Part shown: one piece after another, positions 9,584 through 18,910 of the stretch | How the letters are laid out: every line of letters starts with the position of its first letter | How positions within the stretch are numbered: the first letter of the stretch is position 1 | Source: Clostridiales bacterium | GTDB lineage: Bacteria; Bacillota; Clostridia; Lachnospirales; Lachnospiraceae | DNA length: 64,000 nucleotides | Reading direction: 5' to 3' | Assembly (NCBI GenBank): GCA_021202015.1 | Contig: JAJQDV010000032.1 | Coordinates: 20,463-84,462, forward strand | Notes under the pieces: model-generated | What the model was told of the DNA's origin: nothing | The model's database searches: none | Seen by the model: the letters and a program-made list of their open reading frames with translations, nothing else | Position numbers and translations under genes: made by a program

Positions 9584-9616
9584 AAAGGCCTGCAGAAAAA
9601 TATTTGCAGGCCTTTT
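9584..9616 (+). terminator. Intrinsic terminator closing the nitrogenase-like operon
   Basis: AAAGGCCTGCA-loop-TGCAGGCCTTTT inverted repeat with T-run. Confidence 0.7.
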
Positions 9617-9703
9617 GGAAACCGCACAGGTGGAAAATATTCGTGCCTTGATTTACTTTTCTCCTTCGCGTTATAATAAGCAAAAGCGGAAAGAGGTAAT
9701 CCT

Positions 9704-10099
9704 ATGATTTCAACCAAAGGACGTTATGCACTCCGTCTCATGATAGATATTGCCGAACATTCGGACGAAGGCTGTATTCCATTGAAGGACATAGCAGAGC
9801 GCCAGGAGATATCCAAAAAATACCTTGAAATTATTGCGAAGGAGCTGGTAAAAGGTAAGATGATATCCGGCCATGGCGGGCGCGGCGGCGGCTATGTTTT
9901 ATGTCGCCGTCCGGAAGAATACACAGTTGGGGAGATCCTTGAATGGACAGAAGGGTCTCTGGCAACGGTAGCCTGTCTTGCGAAGGATGCGCTCCCCTGC
10001 AGCAGATCCTCTGTTTGCAAAACGCTTCCCCTATGGAAAGAGTTTGACAAAATGACAGTTGATTATTTTTATGGAAAGACGTTGGCTGATCTGCTGTAA
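9704..10099 (+). CDS. Rrf2-family transcriptional regulator (IscR/CymR-like, 3 Cys)
   Basis: MISTKGRYALR, IAERQEISKKYLE, GGRGGGY, C-x7-C-x5-C near the C-terminus. Confidence 0.92.
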   Translation: MISTKGRYALRLMIDIAEHSDEGCIPLKDIAERQEISKKYLEIIAKELVKGKMISGHGGRGGGYVLCRRPEEYTVGEILEWTEGSLATVACLAKDALPCSRSSVCKTLPLWKEFDKMTVDYFYGKTLADLL

Positions 10100-10174
10100 T
10101 CAGTTGACCCTCTGATTTTTCTTTGGCTGCTTCTACAGAGATTACCAGCCTGCTTGTGCAGAAGATCACCAGCC

Positions 10175-10239
10175 TTGACATTGACCTCATTGTAAGTTAT
10201 AATCCCCCTATTCGCCTATACATATAATAGGTGAATAGG
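10175..10239 (+). promoter_or_regulatory. Consensus sigma-A promoter followed by a palindromic operator
   Basis: TTGACA (10175)-17 bp-TATAAT (10198); inverted repeat CCTATTCGCCTAT-N7-ATAGGTGAATAGG directly downstream. Confidence 0.75.
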
Positions 10240-10274
10240 TAAATTGATTTTGCAGAAAAAATGTGAGGTGTGGA

Positions 10275-10805
10275 ATGAAAATGCGCAACAGAAAAATACG
10301 GTTTTTCGCAGGGGTTTTCGCAGCAGCCGCGGTTGTTATGGCCGGTTGTTCTTCCGGTACAGAGCAGGAGGAAACACAGGAACATACATCTGAAGCAGAT
10401 TCGGGCGAAACACAGGAAAATGCATCCGGCACAGCTGAGGACGGAATCGAAATCAATGTAGAAGATATAAGCACCGAGGCCAGCTATTATGATACTGAAA
10501 TTGATGGAACAGATGTCGAAATCTTCGCGGTTCTCGCTTCTGATGGCACAGTTCGTCTTGCAATGAATACCTGCCAGGTTTGCAACGGATCCCCCTATGC
10601 TTATTTTGAACAGGAAGGCGATGATTTTGTCTGCCAGAACTGCGGGAATCACTTTTCATCCGATGAAATCGGGCTTACAGCCGGAGGCTGCAATCCCGTC
10701 CCGATTACGGAGGATGATTACACCGAAGAAAACGGGATCATTACGGTTTCCGACTCTTTTCTGGAAGAAAACGCATATCGTTTTTCCAACTGGAAACAGT
10801 TTTAA
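10275..10805 (+). CDS. DUF2318 (FtrD-like, Cys-rich) lipoprotein
   Basis: Lipobox MAGC; NTCQVC...VCQNCG...GGCNPVP motif. Confidence 0.8.
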   Translation: MKMRNRKIRFFAGVFAAAAVVMAGCSSGTEQEETQEHTSEADSGETQENASGTAEDGIEINVEDISTEASYYDTEIDGTDVEIFAVLASDGTVRLAMNTCQVCNGSPYAYFEQEGDDFVCQNCGNHFSSDEIGLTAGGCNPVPITEDDYTEENGIITVSDSFLEENAYRFSNWKQF

Positions 10806-10818
10806 AGGGGGGACTTAA

Positions 10819-12102
10819 GTGAGTAAGGTTGTTTTTCACGTTACCGGCATGACCTGCTCCGGTTGTGAGCGCCGACTGGAAGGAGCTGTATCAGCACTTC
10901 AAGGCGTACATTCCGTAACTGCGGATTACAGCAGAGGGGAATTAACAGCTGAATTCAATCCTCCCTGCACGGAAAGCGTCATCATTGAAACAATTCAAAA
11001 GACCGGTTACGGAGTTGCGAAAAACGCAAAAAAAGCCCGGGATACGGTGGCTGTTCTGGTTATTATTCTCGGAATCTATGTTATCGCCCGGCAGATGGGA
11101 TGGCTGGAGATATTTCAGAACATCCCGACGATCAGTGAAGAACGAATGAGTTATCTTGCTCTGTTCGCGATTGGCCTGCTGACAAGCGTCCATTGTATTG
11201 CCATGTGCGGAGGATTAAATCTGGCTCAGAGTATTTCTTCCGGAGATATAAAACCCGTGCGTCGCAGTATCTTATACAATCTCGGGCGGCTGACCAGTTA
11301 CACTTTGATCGGCGGTATCCTGGGTTTTATCGGTGAAAAAGCTGCCATTACCTTACAGGTGAGGGGTTTGATCGGTCTGATCGCCGGCGGGGTTATGCTG
11401 CTCATGGGCGTCAATATGCTGGGAGGCCTTTCCCTGTCTGTTCGCCTGTTTCCGAAGCTGTCCGGGAAACTTTCTGCCGGAATACAGAGCGTGGGGAAAC
11501 ATAGTTCCTTTGCGACAGGTCTGGCAAATGGTTTGATGCCCTGCGGGCCGTTGCAGTCCATGCAGATTTACGCAATCGCCAGCGGCAGTATGCTGGCCGG
11601 AGCGCTGTCCATGTTTTCCTTTTGTTCAGGCACGATTCCCCTTGTCTTTGCATTTGGCCTGGCGGCGGGGATGCTGAAAATGCACTGGCGGCAGCGAATG
11701 CTTCAGGTCGGGTCTGTCCTGCTGCTTATCATGGGAATCTTTATGATACAGAACAATCTTGTCCTGACAGGCTTTAATGTCTCATCGACAGTTGCTGAAA
11801 CAGATGGGACTGTCGTTTCAACCATTGATGGAGACGTCCAGTATGTTACTACAGAACTTCATGCCAACGGCTACGACGATATTCAGGTCGTAGCAGGGAT
11901 TCCTGTCATATGGACGATAGATGTTGATGAGAATAATCTGAACGGCTGCAATAATGAGATTGTGTTGTCGGCGTTTGACCAGCAGGTGAAGCTTATCGCA
12001 GGCGAAGTTGTCATAGAGTTTACACCTGAGGAAGAAGGAACATATACATATTCCTGTTGGATGGGAATGTTAAAAAATACGATTACAGTCGTTGAGAATT
12101 AA
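10819..12102 (+). CDS. HMA domain + DsbD_2/TauE-like membrane domain + cupredoxin-like domain protein
   Basis: GMTCSGC HMA motif; GLLTSVHCIAMCGG and GLMPCGPLQ membrane motifs; C-terminal GCNNEI..YSCWMGM. Confidence 0.85.
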   Translation: MSKVVFHVTGMTCSGCERRLEGAVSALQGVHSVTADYSRGELTAEFNPPCTESVIIETIQKTGYGVAKNAKKARDTVAVLVIILGIYVIARQMGWLEIFQNIPTISEERMSYLALFAIGLLTSVHCIAMCGGLNLAQSISSGDIKPVRRSILYNLGRLTSYTLIGGILGFIGEKAAITLQVRGLIGLIAGGVMLLMGVNMLGGLSLSVRLFPKLSGKLSAGIQSVGKHSSFATGLANGLMPCGPLQSMQIYAIASGSMLAGALSMFSFCSGTIPLVFAFGLAAGMLKMHWRQRMLQVGSVLLLIMGIFMIQNNLVLTGFNVSSTVAETDGTVVSTIDGDVQYVTTELHANGYDDIQVVAGIPVIWTIDVDENNLNGCNNEIVLSAFDQQVKLIAGEVVIEFTPEEEGTYTYSCWMGMLKNTITVVEN

Positions 12103-12192
12103 GTTGCAGGAAAGGGATTTGAATTCAGATATATCATGCTTTATTCAGAAATGAACAGTGCCTGTAGGGAAGCCGGGGGAGGGGGTTAGCTG

Positions 12193-12221
12193 TTGACAAA
12201 TGGCAAGTATTAGTATAAAAT
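12193..12221 (+). promoter_or_regulatory. Sigma-A promoter for the gshA-like operon
   Basis: TTGACA-17 bp-TAAAAT. Confidence 0.65.
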
Positions 12222-12300
12222 ACCCTCAATAACATACTAAACATATATGAATGATTAGATATAAAAACGACCGGTAAACCGGATACAGAAGGAGAATACC

Positions 12301-13629
12301 ATGGGTTTTCTGCTGGACGAACGAGAATTAAAAAAATATATTTCCAAAGGGGAGTTCGGACTGGAGAAGGAGAGCCTGCGAGTGGATGCGCAGGGTTACC
12401 TCTCTCATACGCCGCATCCTTTCCCGGGTGACAGCAGGATTGACAGGGATTTCTGTGAGAATCAGGTAGAACTGATTACGGGCGTGAGTGACAGTATTGA
12501 AAAGGTGTGGGCGGAGCTGGCCGGTCTCTATCGCGAGACGGCGGACTGCCTGCTGAAACTGGAAACGGGCAGGGAGTATCTCTGGCCTTTTTCCAACCCT
12601 CCCTATGTCCGCGGCGAGGAGGATATTCCGATTGCGCAATTTTTCGGAAGCCAGACGGGAAAGGGCGTTTACCGGGAATATCTGGCCGGGAAATACGGCA
12701 AGAAAAAAATGCTTTATTCGGGGATACACTATAATTTTTCCTTTTCAGAGGAATTGCTGCGGGCGGATTTTGTCTGCCACAGAGAGAAGAAACCCGTTGA
12801 TCATGGAAAGGATGAAGAGAAGGCATACCGTGACTATAAGGATCGGATATATCTGGAACTTGGTAAGAAAGCCGTCAAATACAGCTGGCTGATCGTTTAT
12901 CTGACAGCGGCGAGTCCTGTCCTGGACGGTTCGTATTATCGGGCCGGCGATCTGGATGAAACGGTGGTCAGCAGTTACGCTTCGCCGCGGTGCAGCGAGA
13001 TCGGCTACTGGAATTCTTTTGTGCCGATTCTGGATTTTACGAGTCTGAACGGTTACGCGGACAGCATCGACGGTTATGTGAAGAACCGGATGATCACCGC
13101 ATCCACGGAGCTTTATTATCCGGTGCGCTTAAAAGCGCGCGGCGCGAATACGACGGATAACCTCCGGAAAAACGGCGTCAGCCATGTGGAACTGCGGATG
13201 CTGGACTTAAATCCGCTCTGCCCGGTGGGAATCCGGCGGCAGGATCTTAAGTTTATCCATCTGCTGCTGGTCTGGCTGATGCTTCAGGAGGATGAGGCAT
13301 TCGGGACGACGGAGCAGACGATCGCGATCCGCAATATGAAGGAGGCGGCGCGTTTTGCACCGGAAGAGATTCAGATCGAGTCCGGCTGGTATCAGATCCG
13401 GCCGGTGCGGGAGGCTGCGGCGGAAATTCTGAATGATATGACAGAGAAGCTGCCGGGATATTTTCCCGGTCAGGAGGCTGCGGTACTGGAGTGCCTGAAT
13501 TCTCAGCTGGAAAAAGCGGAGGATCCGTCGAAACGATATGCGGCGCAGATCCGGGAGCGGTTTCAGAAAGGGTATGTGAAGAAGGGAATGCGGCTGGCGG
13601 TAGAATATGCGAAGGGATTTCAAAATTAG
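12301..13629 (+). CDS. gshA: Glutamate--cysteine ligase (GshA domain, no fused GshB domain)
   Basis: FGLEKESLRV, DFCENQVELIT, WPFSNPP, SGIHYNFSF, ELYYPVRLK, GVSHVELRMLDLNP. Confidence 0.8.
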   Translation: MGFLLDERELKKYISKGEFGLEKESLRVDAQGYLSHTPHPFPGDSRIDRDFCENQVELITGVSDSIEKVWAELAGLYRETADCLLKLETGREYLWPFSNPPYVRGEEDIPIAQFFGSQTGKGVYREYLAGKYGKKKMLYSGIHYNFSFSEELLRADFVCHREKKPVDHGKDEEKAYRDYKDRIYLELGKKAVKYSWLIVYLTAASPVLDGSYYRAGDLDETVVSSYASPRCSEIGYWNSFVPILDFTSLNGYADSIDGYVKNRMITASTELYYPVRLKARGANTTDNLRKNGVSHVELRMLDLNPLCPVGIRRQDLKFIHLLLVWLMLQEDEAFGTTEQTIAIRNMKEAARFAPEEIQIESGWYQIRPVREAAAEILNDMTEKLPGYFPGQEAAVLECLNSQLEKAEDPSKRYAAQIRERFQKGYVKKGMRLAVEYAKGFQN

Positions 13630-13670
13630 GAACAGACCGTGTAATATAGCACTACGAGGTTTATGTTGTC

Positions 13671-14441
13671 ATGTGTGAATTATTTGGCGTATGTGCACGC
13701 CGGCCGGTAGAGTGCCGGGATTATTTAAAAGAGTTTTACCGACACAGCCCTCAGCATCCGAACGGATGGGGGCTGGCAATCCTGGACGGGAACAGTGCGG
13801 CCATTGAGAAAGAACCGTTAGAGGCGGAGAAAAGCAATTATCTTCACGAGCGGCTGACGGTTCCGGTGGAGGGCAGACTGCTTCTGGCGCATATCCGTTA
13901 CGCGACCATCGGGAATGTGGAGTATAAAAACTGCCATCCGTTTTCGGGTGTGGACTGTACCGGACGGCGGTGGACCCTGATCCACAATGGGACGATTTTT
14001 GAGTATGAGCCGCTGCATCGTTATGTGGAGCGCCAGCGTGGTGATACGGACAGCGAAAGGATTTTTCTTTTCCTCATGGATGAGGTGAACAGAAGGACCA
14101 GGTCAGAGGGTAAGCTGGACGCGGAAAAACGTTTTCGGTTGCTGGATGAACTGATCGGCGGCATGGCGACGGGCAATAAGCTGAATCTTCTGATCAGCGA
14201 CGGGGAATGCATGTATGTACATACGAATTATGAGAATTCTCTGCACTTTCGCCAACGGAAAGGGCAGGTGTTTTTTTCCACGGAGCCGCTCGGACGGGAT
14301 GCCTGGGAATGTGTGCCGTTGACTACGCTTCTGGCCTGGCGGAACGGGGAACTTCTGTACACAGGGACAGATCACGGACAGGTATTTGAGGATAATGAGG
14401 AGAATATGAAGTTCCTGTATCAGATTTTCTCGAATTTGTAA
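13671..14441 (+). CDS. Class II glutamine amidotransferase-like (Ntn hydrolase; YafJ/EgtC-like)
   Basis: N-terminal MCELFG (Cys2 nucleophile), HPNGWG, AHIRYATIG, NCHPF, HNGTI, GDTDSE. Confidence 0.88.
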   Translation: MCELFGVCARRPVECRDYLKEFYRHSPQHPNGWGLAILDGNSAAIEKEPLEAEKSNYLHERLTVPVEGRLLLAHIRYATIGNVEYKNCHPFSGVDCTGRRWTLIHNGTIFEYEPLHRYVERQRGDTDSERIFLFLMDEVNRRTRSEGKLDAEKRFRLLDELIGGMATGNKLNLLISDGECMYVHTNYENSLHFRQRKGQVFFSTEPLGRDAWECVPLTTLLAWRNGELLYTGTDHGQVFEDNEENMKFLYQIFSNL

Positions 14442-14489
14442 GGAACTGATAAGATTCATTCTTTAACAGTTCCTGAGGGGAGGTTACCC

Positions 14490-15881
14490 ATGATAGATGA
14501 AAAAACAGTGCGCGAGCACCTGTATCGAAAATATATTGAACCAACAAAAAAGGAACGGGAGCTTTATATCGGCATTGAACTGGAACTGCCCATTGTGAAT
14601 CTGGACAGAAAGGCGGTGGATTTTGCCAATGTCCATCAGGCTGCGCGGGAATTTGTCGAGCATTTTCAGTTTCGCCCGACCGGATGGGATGACGAGGGAA
14701 ATATGTGCGCTGCCGAATGTCCGAAAACAGGGGATATTCTTTCTTTTGACTGTTCTTATAATAACCTGGAGCTTTCTATGGGAAGGGAAAAAGAACTTCA
14801 TACGCTGAATAAACGGTTTTCCGGATATTACCGTTATCTGAATAAGTTGCTGGGGCGTTACCATTACACCCTGACCGGGATGGGGATCAATCCATATCGG
14901 ATTTATAATCATAATGTTCCCATTGAAAACGGGCGATACCGGATGCTTTTTCATCATCTGGGTCTCCGGGATAAATATCAGCAGGAAGAGCCGATGTATT
15001 TTCATGAGTACCCGGCGTTCGGAACATTCTGCAGCGCGTCCCAGGTACAGCTGGATGTGAGTTATGACGATCTGCTGCTGACAGTGAATGTGTTTTCGCG
15101 TCTGGAACCGATCACCGCGCTGCTTTTCGGAAACTCCGTCCTGTTGGGGGAGCATGAGGATCTGCTCTGCAGCCGGGATATGCTCTGGGAAAACAGTTCG
15201 CAGGGAATCAATCCGCACAATATCGGCATGTTTGACTGCCATTTTGATACGGTGGAGGATTTGCTGTCGTACATAGAGTCCACGAGTATCTATTGTGTTG
15301 AGCGCGAGGAAAAATATATTAATTTCCGGCCTATGTGTGTCCGGGATTATTTTCAGAAAGAATCGGTTCAGGGAGAATACTTTGCGGACGGCGGTTATCA
15401 TGAGATCGATGTGATTCCTCAGATTGAGGATCTGGCCTGGCTTCGAACCTTTAAGTTCGAGGATCTGACATTTCGCGGAACGGTCGAGTTTCGGAGCGCG
15501 TGCTGCCAGCCGGTTTCCGACAGTATGGCGGTCGCGGCTTTTTACGTGGGACTGAAGGAAAAGCTGTCGGAGCTGTCCGGGATTCTGGCAAATGACCGCG
15601 TGATCTATCACCATGGCTATAACCAGATGGAGCTGCGGAAACTCTTTGTGAAGAGAGAATTGCCGGGGTTTGTGGATGCCGACAGCCTCTATCGTCTGAC
15701 CGGCCGGATTGTGAAGCTGGCCGAAGAAGGACTGCGGGAGAGAGGGTTTGGCGAGGAGTGTTATCTTAGGCCTTTGTATGGCCGCGTAAAATCGAGAGAA
15801 AATCCGGCCATGCGGATGCTGAGGGAGCGTGACGCGGGGCGCAGCATAGAAGAGATTATTCTGGAATATCGGGAATTGTGA
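14490..15881 (+). CDS. GCS2-family glutamate--cysteine/amine ligase (EgtA-like)
   Basis: IGIELELP, NNLELS, GMGINP, SASQVQLD, RGTVEFRS..Q. Confidence 0.8.
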   Translation: MIDEKTVREHLYRKYIEPTKKERELYIGIELELPIVNLDRKAVDFANVHQAAREFVEHFQFRPTGWDDEGNMCAAECPKTGDILSFDCSYNNLELSMGREKELHTLNKRFSGYYRYLNKLLGRYHYTLTGMGINPYRIYNHNVPIENGRYRMLFHHLGLRDKYQQEEPMYFHEYPAFGTFCSASQVQLDVSYDDLLLTVNVFSRLEPITALLFGNSVLLGEHEDLLCSRDMLWENSSQGINPHNIGMFDCHFDTVEDLLSYIESTSIYCVEREEKYINFRPMCVRDYFQKESVQGEYFADGGYHEIDVIPQIEDLAWLRTFKFEDLTFRGTVEFRSACCQPVSDSMAVAAFYVGLKEKLSELSGILANDRVIYHHGYNQMELRKLFVKRELPGFVDADSLYRLTGRIVKLAEEGLRERGFGEECYLRPLYGRVKSRENPAMRMLRERDAGRSIEEIILEYREL

Positions 15882-15894
15882 GCGCAGGCGGAGT

Positions 15895-16767
15895 TTAGGA
15901 TTCGATCACCTCCCGAATCATATCAATGAAAACTTTAATCAACGGTGTAAGCTGATATTTTTTATAAAACATACCATAGGAGAGATGCTCCGCGCCCTGT
16001 AACGGCACATATTTCACACCGGCGTTATAGTAGTCAATTTTTGGCGCTATGGTAAAACCGTAACCCGCACGTATCATAAATAATGCTGCCTGCAGATTTT
16101 CACACATATACGTTTTTTCAATCAGAATATGTGATGCAGCCTGTTCCTGCATAACAACCGCTTTTGACGGAACTTCTTTACAGAGAATGATGCTTTCTGA
16201 ATAAAGCTCGGATTCGAGGATGGATTCACGGCTTGAATATGGATGCGATTCGGGAAAAACACAACAGAGCGGAACCTTATCCAGCTCTTTATAAACCATG
16301 CCGCCGCGAAGCGGAATATCATCTTTGAATCCGAAAAGTATATCAATGTCCCCCTGTGAAAACAATGACAAAATAGAGCGGTGAGGGATGATTTTCAAAA
16401 AAGGATGAATCTCGGGAAGCCGCTTTTTTGATTCTTCTAAAATAATATACAGAAAATCCAGATCAACCTCGTTCCCGCATCCGATCGTTATGACCTGTAT
16501 ATTTGTCTCTGTGTGCTGATGGATTTTGGCGGTAGCGGTGCGGAGAGTCATCATAATTTTTTTTGTATCTTCTAAAAAGCTGAGTCCGGCCGGCGTGAGC
16601 GTTACCGCTCTGGTTGTTCGCAGTAAAAGCTGAACACCAAGTTCTTCCTCAAGCGCACGAATCTGGCGCGATACATTGGACTGCGTCATGTTCAGGACCT
16701 CGGCAGCTCTTGCAAAGTTGAGATTTTCAGCAACCTGTATGAAGGTTTCTAATTGTTGAATGTTCAA
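15895..16767 (-). CDS. LysR-family transcriptional regulator
   Basis: MNIQQLETFIQVAENLNFARAAEVLNMTQSNVSRQIRALEEELGVQLLLRT HTH; TTG start; divergent from the MATE gene. Confidence 0.95.
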   Translation of the reverse strand: MNIQQLETFIQVAENLNFARAAEVLNMTQSNVSRQIRALEEELGVQLLLRTTRAVTLTPAGLSFLEDTKKIMMTLRTATAKIHQHTETNIQVITIGCGNEVDLDFLYIILEESKKRLPEIHPFLKIIPHRSILSLFSQGDIDILFGFKDDIPLRGGMVYKELDKVPLCCVFPESHPYSSRESILESELYSESIILCKEVPSKAVVMQEQAASHILIEKTYMCENLQAALFMIRAGYGFTIAPKIDYYNAGVKYVPLQGAEHLSYGMFYKKYQLTPLIKVFIDMIREVIES

Positions 16768-16878
16768 TTTTTTTACCTCGATTATTGCAATTTTCTCATT
16801 AACGATACCATATATTCATGTATGAATCAAGAAATCCTGTGCTATAATTCCTGCGAATTGCAACAGGAGGTATTACAT

Positions 16879-18237
16879 ATGAGTGAAAATTGTGCAGCTG
16901 CCAATCCGCTTGGAACGGAACGAATTGGTAAATTGATAGTAATGTTCAGTATACCGAGCATTATATCTCTGGTAGTAAATGCTTTCTACAACATTGTTGA
17001 CCAGATTTTTATCGGGCAGAGCGTTGGATATCTCGGAAATGGCGCGACCAACGTCGTGATGCCGCTTACCGTTATTATCATTGCTCTGGCTCTGATGATC
17101 GGAGACGGATCTGCGGCATTTCTAAGCCTGAAGCTTGGGCAGTCGGACGCGGAATCCGCGGCAAAAGGCGTCGGCAACGGGATTGTCATGACCATTGCGG
17201 CGGGAATTATTTTATGTATTCTGTTTCAGATTTTTCTCAGACCGCTGTGCCTGCTGTTCGGCGCCACGGCAGACATCCTGCCCTATGCGCTTGATTACGG
17301 CCGTATCATTTCATGGGGAGTCCTGTTCGCGGCCATCGATTCTTCGCTTGCGAGTATCATCCGGGCGGACGGCAGTCCGAAATACAGCATGGCCGGGCTG
17401 CTGATCGGATGTGCCACAAATATTATTCTTGACCCGGTGTTCATTTTTATCTGCGGCTGGGGCGTAAAGGGCGCCGCGACGGCGACGATTCTCGGAGAGA
17501 TATTCAATGCCGTTTTTTATCTGGCCTATCTTCGGAAATTCAAGAGCATCCGGATGAAAAAAGAATGCTTTGTCCTTTCCGGAAATGTGATGAAAAAAGT
17601 ATGCAGTCTCGGAATTTCAAGCTTTATTCAACAGTTTGCCATTGTTCTGATCATGGCGGTCACAAACAATGTCCTTGTCATATACGGCGCGCAGTCTGTC
17701 TATGGTTCGGATATTCCGCTGACAACCATCGGTATCACCATGAAGGTGAATCAGATCCTGATTGCCGCTGTCATGGGTATGGCCTCCGGCGCCCAGCCGA
17801 TCTTCGGATATAATTACGGCAATCAGCAGGTGGATCGGGTAAAAAAGACTTATCGCCTGGTGCTGACGGCGTCAACGGTCATACTGATTATCGCCTTCCT
17901 GATCTTTCAGTTGAAACCCATGAGTATTGTGAGACTGTTCGGATCGGAATCTGATCTGTATAACGAGTTTGCCGTCAAATGTTTCCGCATTTTCCTTCTG
18001 GCCTGCCCTCTGAACGGATGTCAGATGGTGTCCAGCGTGTTTTTCCAGGCGATCGGGAAACCAAGGCTGGCGACGGTGTTGTCACTTACCAGACAGGTGA
18101 TATTCTTTATACCGGCTGCGCTTTTGCTGCCGCTGGCGTTAGGTGTGGAAGGTGTCCTGTGGACGGGAGCGTTTGCGGATTCGCTGGCCTTTATTGTGTC
18201 AGTGATCCTGATAAAAAGAAACTGGAAAAAACTTTAA
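16879..18237 (+). CDS. MATE-family efflux transporter
   Basis: LGTERIGKLI..FSIPSII, YNIVDQIFIGQ, RADGSPKY; ATG 16879 after an AGGAGG RBS. Confidence 0.93.
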   Translation: MSENCAAANPLGTERIGKLIVMFSIPSIISLVVNAFYNIVDQIFIGQSVGYLGNGATNVVMPLTVIIIALALMIGDGSAAFLSLKLGQSDAESAAKGVGNGIVMTIAAGIILCILFQIFLRPLCLLFGATADILPYALDYGRIISWGVLFAAIDSSLASIIRADGSPKYSMAGLLIGCATNIILDPVFIFICGWGVKGAATATILGEIFNAVFYLAYLRKFKSIRMKKECFVLSGNVMKKVCSLGISSFIQQFAIVLIMAVTNNVLVIYGAQSVYGSDIPLTTIGITMKVNQILIAAVMGMASGAQPIFGYNYGNQQVDRVKKTYRLVLTASTVILIIAFLIFQLKPMSIVRLFGSESDLYNEFAVKCFRIFLLACPLNGCQMVSSVFFQAIGKPRLATVLSLTRQVIFFIPAALLLPLALGVEGVLWTGAFADSLAFIVSVILIKRNWKKL

Positions 18238-18254
18238 GGAAAGGACGATGAAAA

Positions 18255-18860
18255 ATGGAAAAAAATCTGGTTGTTTCGATTGGCCGCCAATATGGAAGCG
18301 GCGGCAGAGAAATCGGAAAAAAACTTGCCGAAAGACTGGGATATGACTACTATGACACACTTCTTTTGGAGAATGCTTCAAAAGGCAGCGGATTATCGGA
18401 GGAAGTGATTGCGAAGTATGATGAAAAGCTTGCCAACAAATGGTTCCACGGATCCCTGGGAATGGTGAGTGCTTCGGAACGTCATATGCTGCCTGTCCCT
18501 CTCAGAACAGCCATTGTTCAGTTTGAGGAAATCCGGAAAATCGGCAAAAAGGGCCGGGCGGTGATCGTTGGCCGCTGCGCGGATCAGATATTGAAGGAAC
18601 AGGGCAATGTTCTCTCCGTCTTTATCCATGCGGAAACGGAACATCGCATCCGGCGTGTCTCGGAGAGAAATCACCTGTCTGAAGCAGAAGCAAAAAAGCG
18701 GATTCGAAACATAGATAAAGAGAGAGCTGCCTATTACAATTACTACACGGATAAAGAATGGGGAAAAACGGAAACGTATCATCTGTGCGTGGACAGCGGT
18801 CTGTTCGGGATAGACGGTGTGGTAAATATTTTGTATGAAGCGGCCGGCGCCTGTGAATAA
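18255..18860 (+). CDS. Cytidylate kinase-like family protein
   Basis: SIGRQYGSGGREIG, AVIVGRCAD, DKERAAYYNYYT..WG. Confidence 0.88.
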   Translation: MEKNLVVSIGRQYGSGGREIGKKLAERLGYDYYDTLLLENASKGSGLSEEVIAKYDEKLANKWFHGSLGMVSASERHMLPVPLRTAIVQFEEIRKIGKKGRAVIVGRCADQILKEQGNVLSVFIHAETEHRIRRVSERNHLSEAEAKKRIRNIDKERAAYYNYYTDKEWGKTETYHLCVDSGLFGIDGVVNILYEAAGACE

Positions 18861-18910
18861 GCAGTGAAAACAGCGACAGAGTAAGAGTCCTGTGGTTTTG
18901 GCGGCAGAAA

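Noticed and set aside
12301-15881. Ergothioneine or complete glutathione biosynthesis
   Set aside because: No EgtB/EgtD/EanB and no GshB/ATP-grasp domain in the window.
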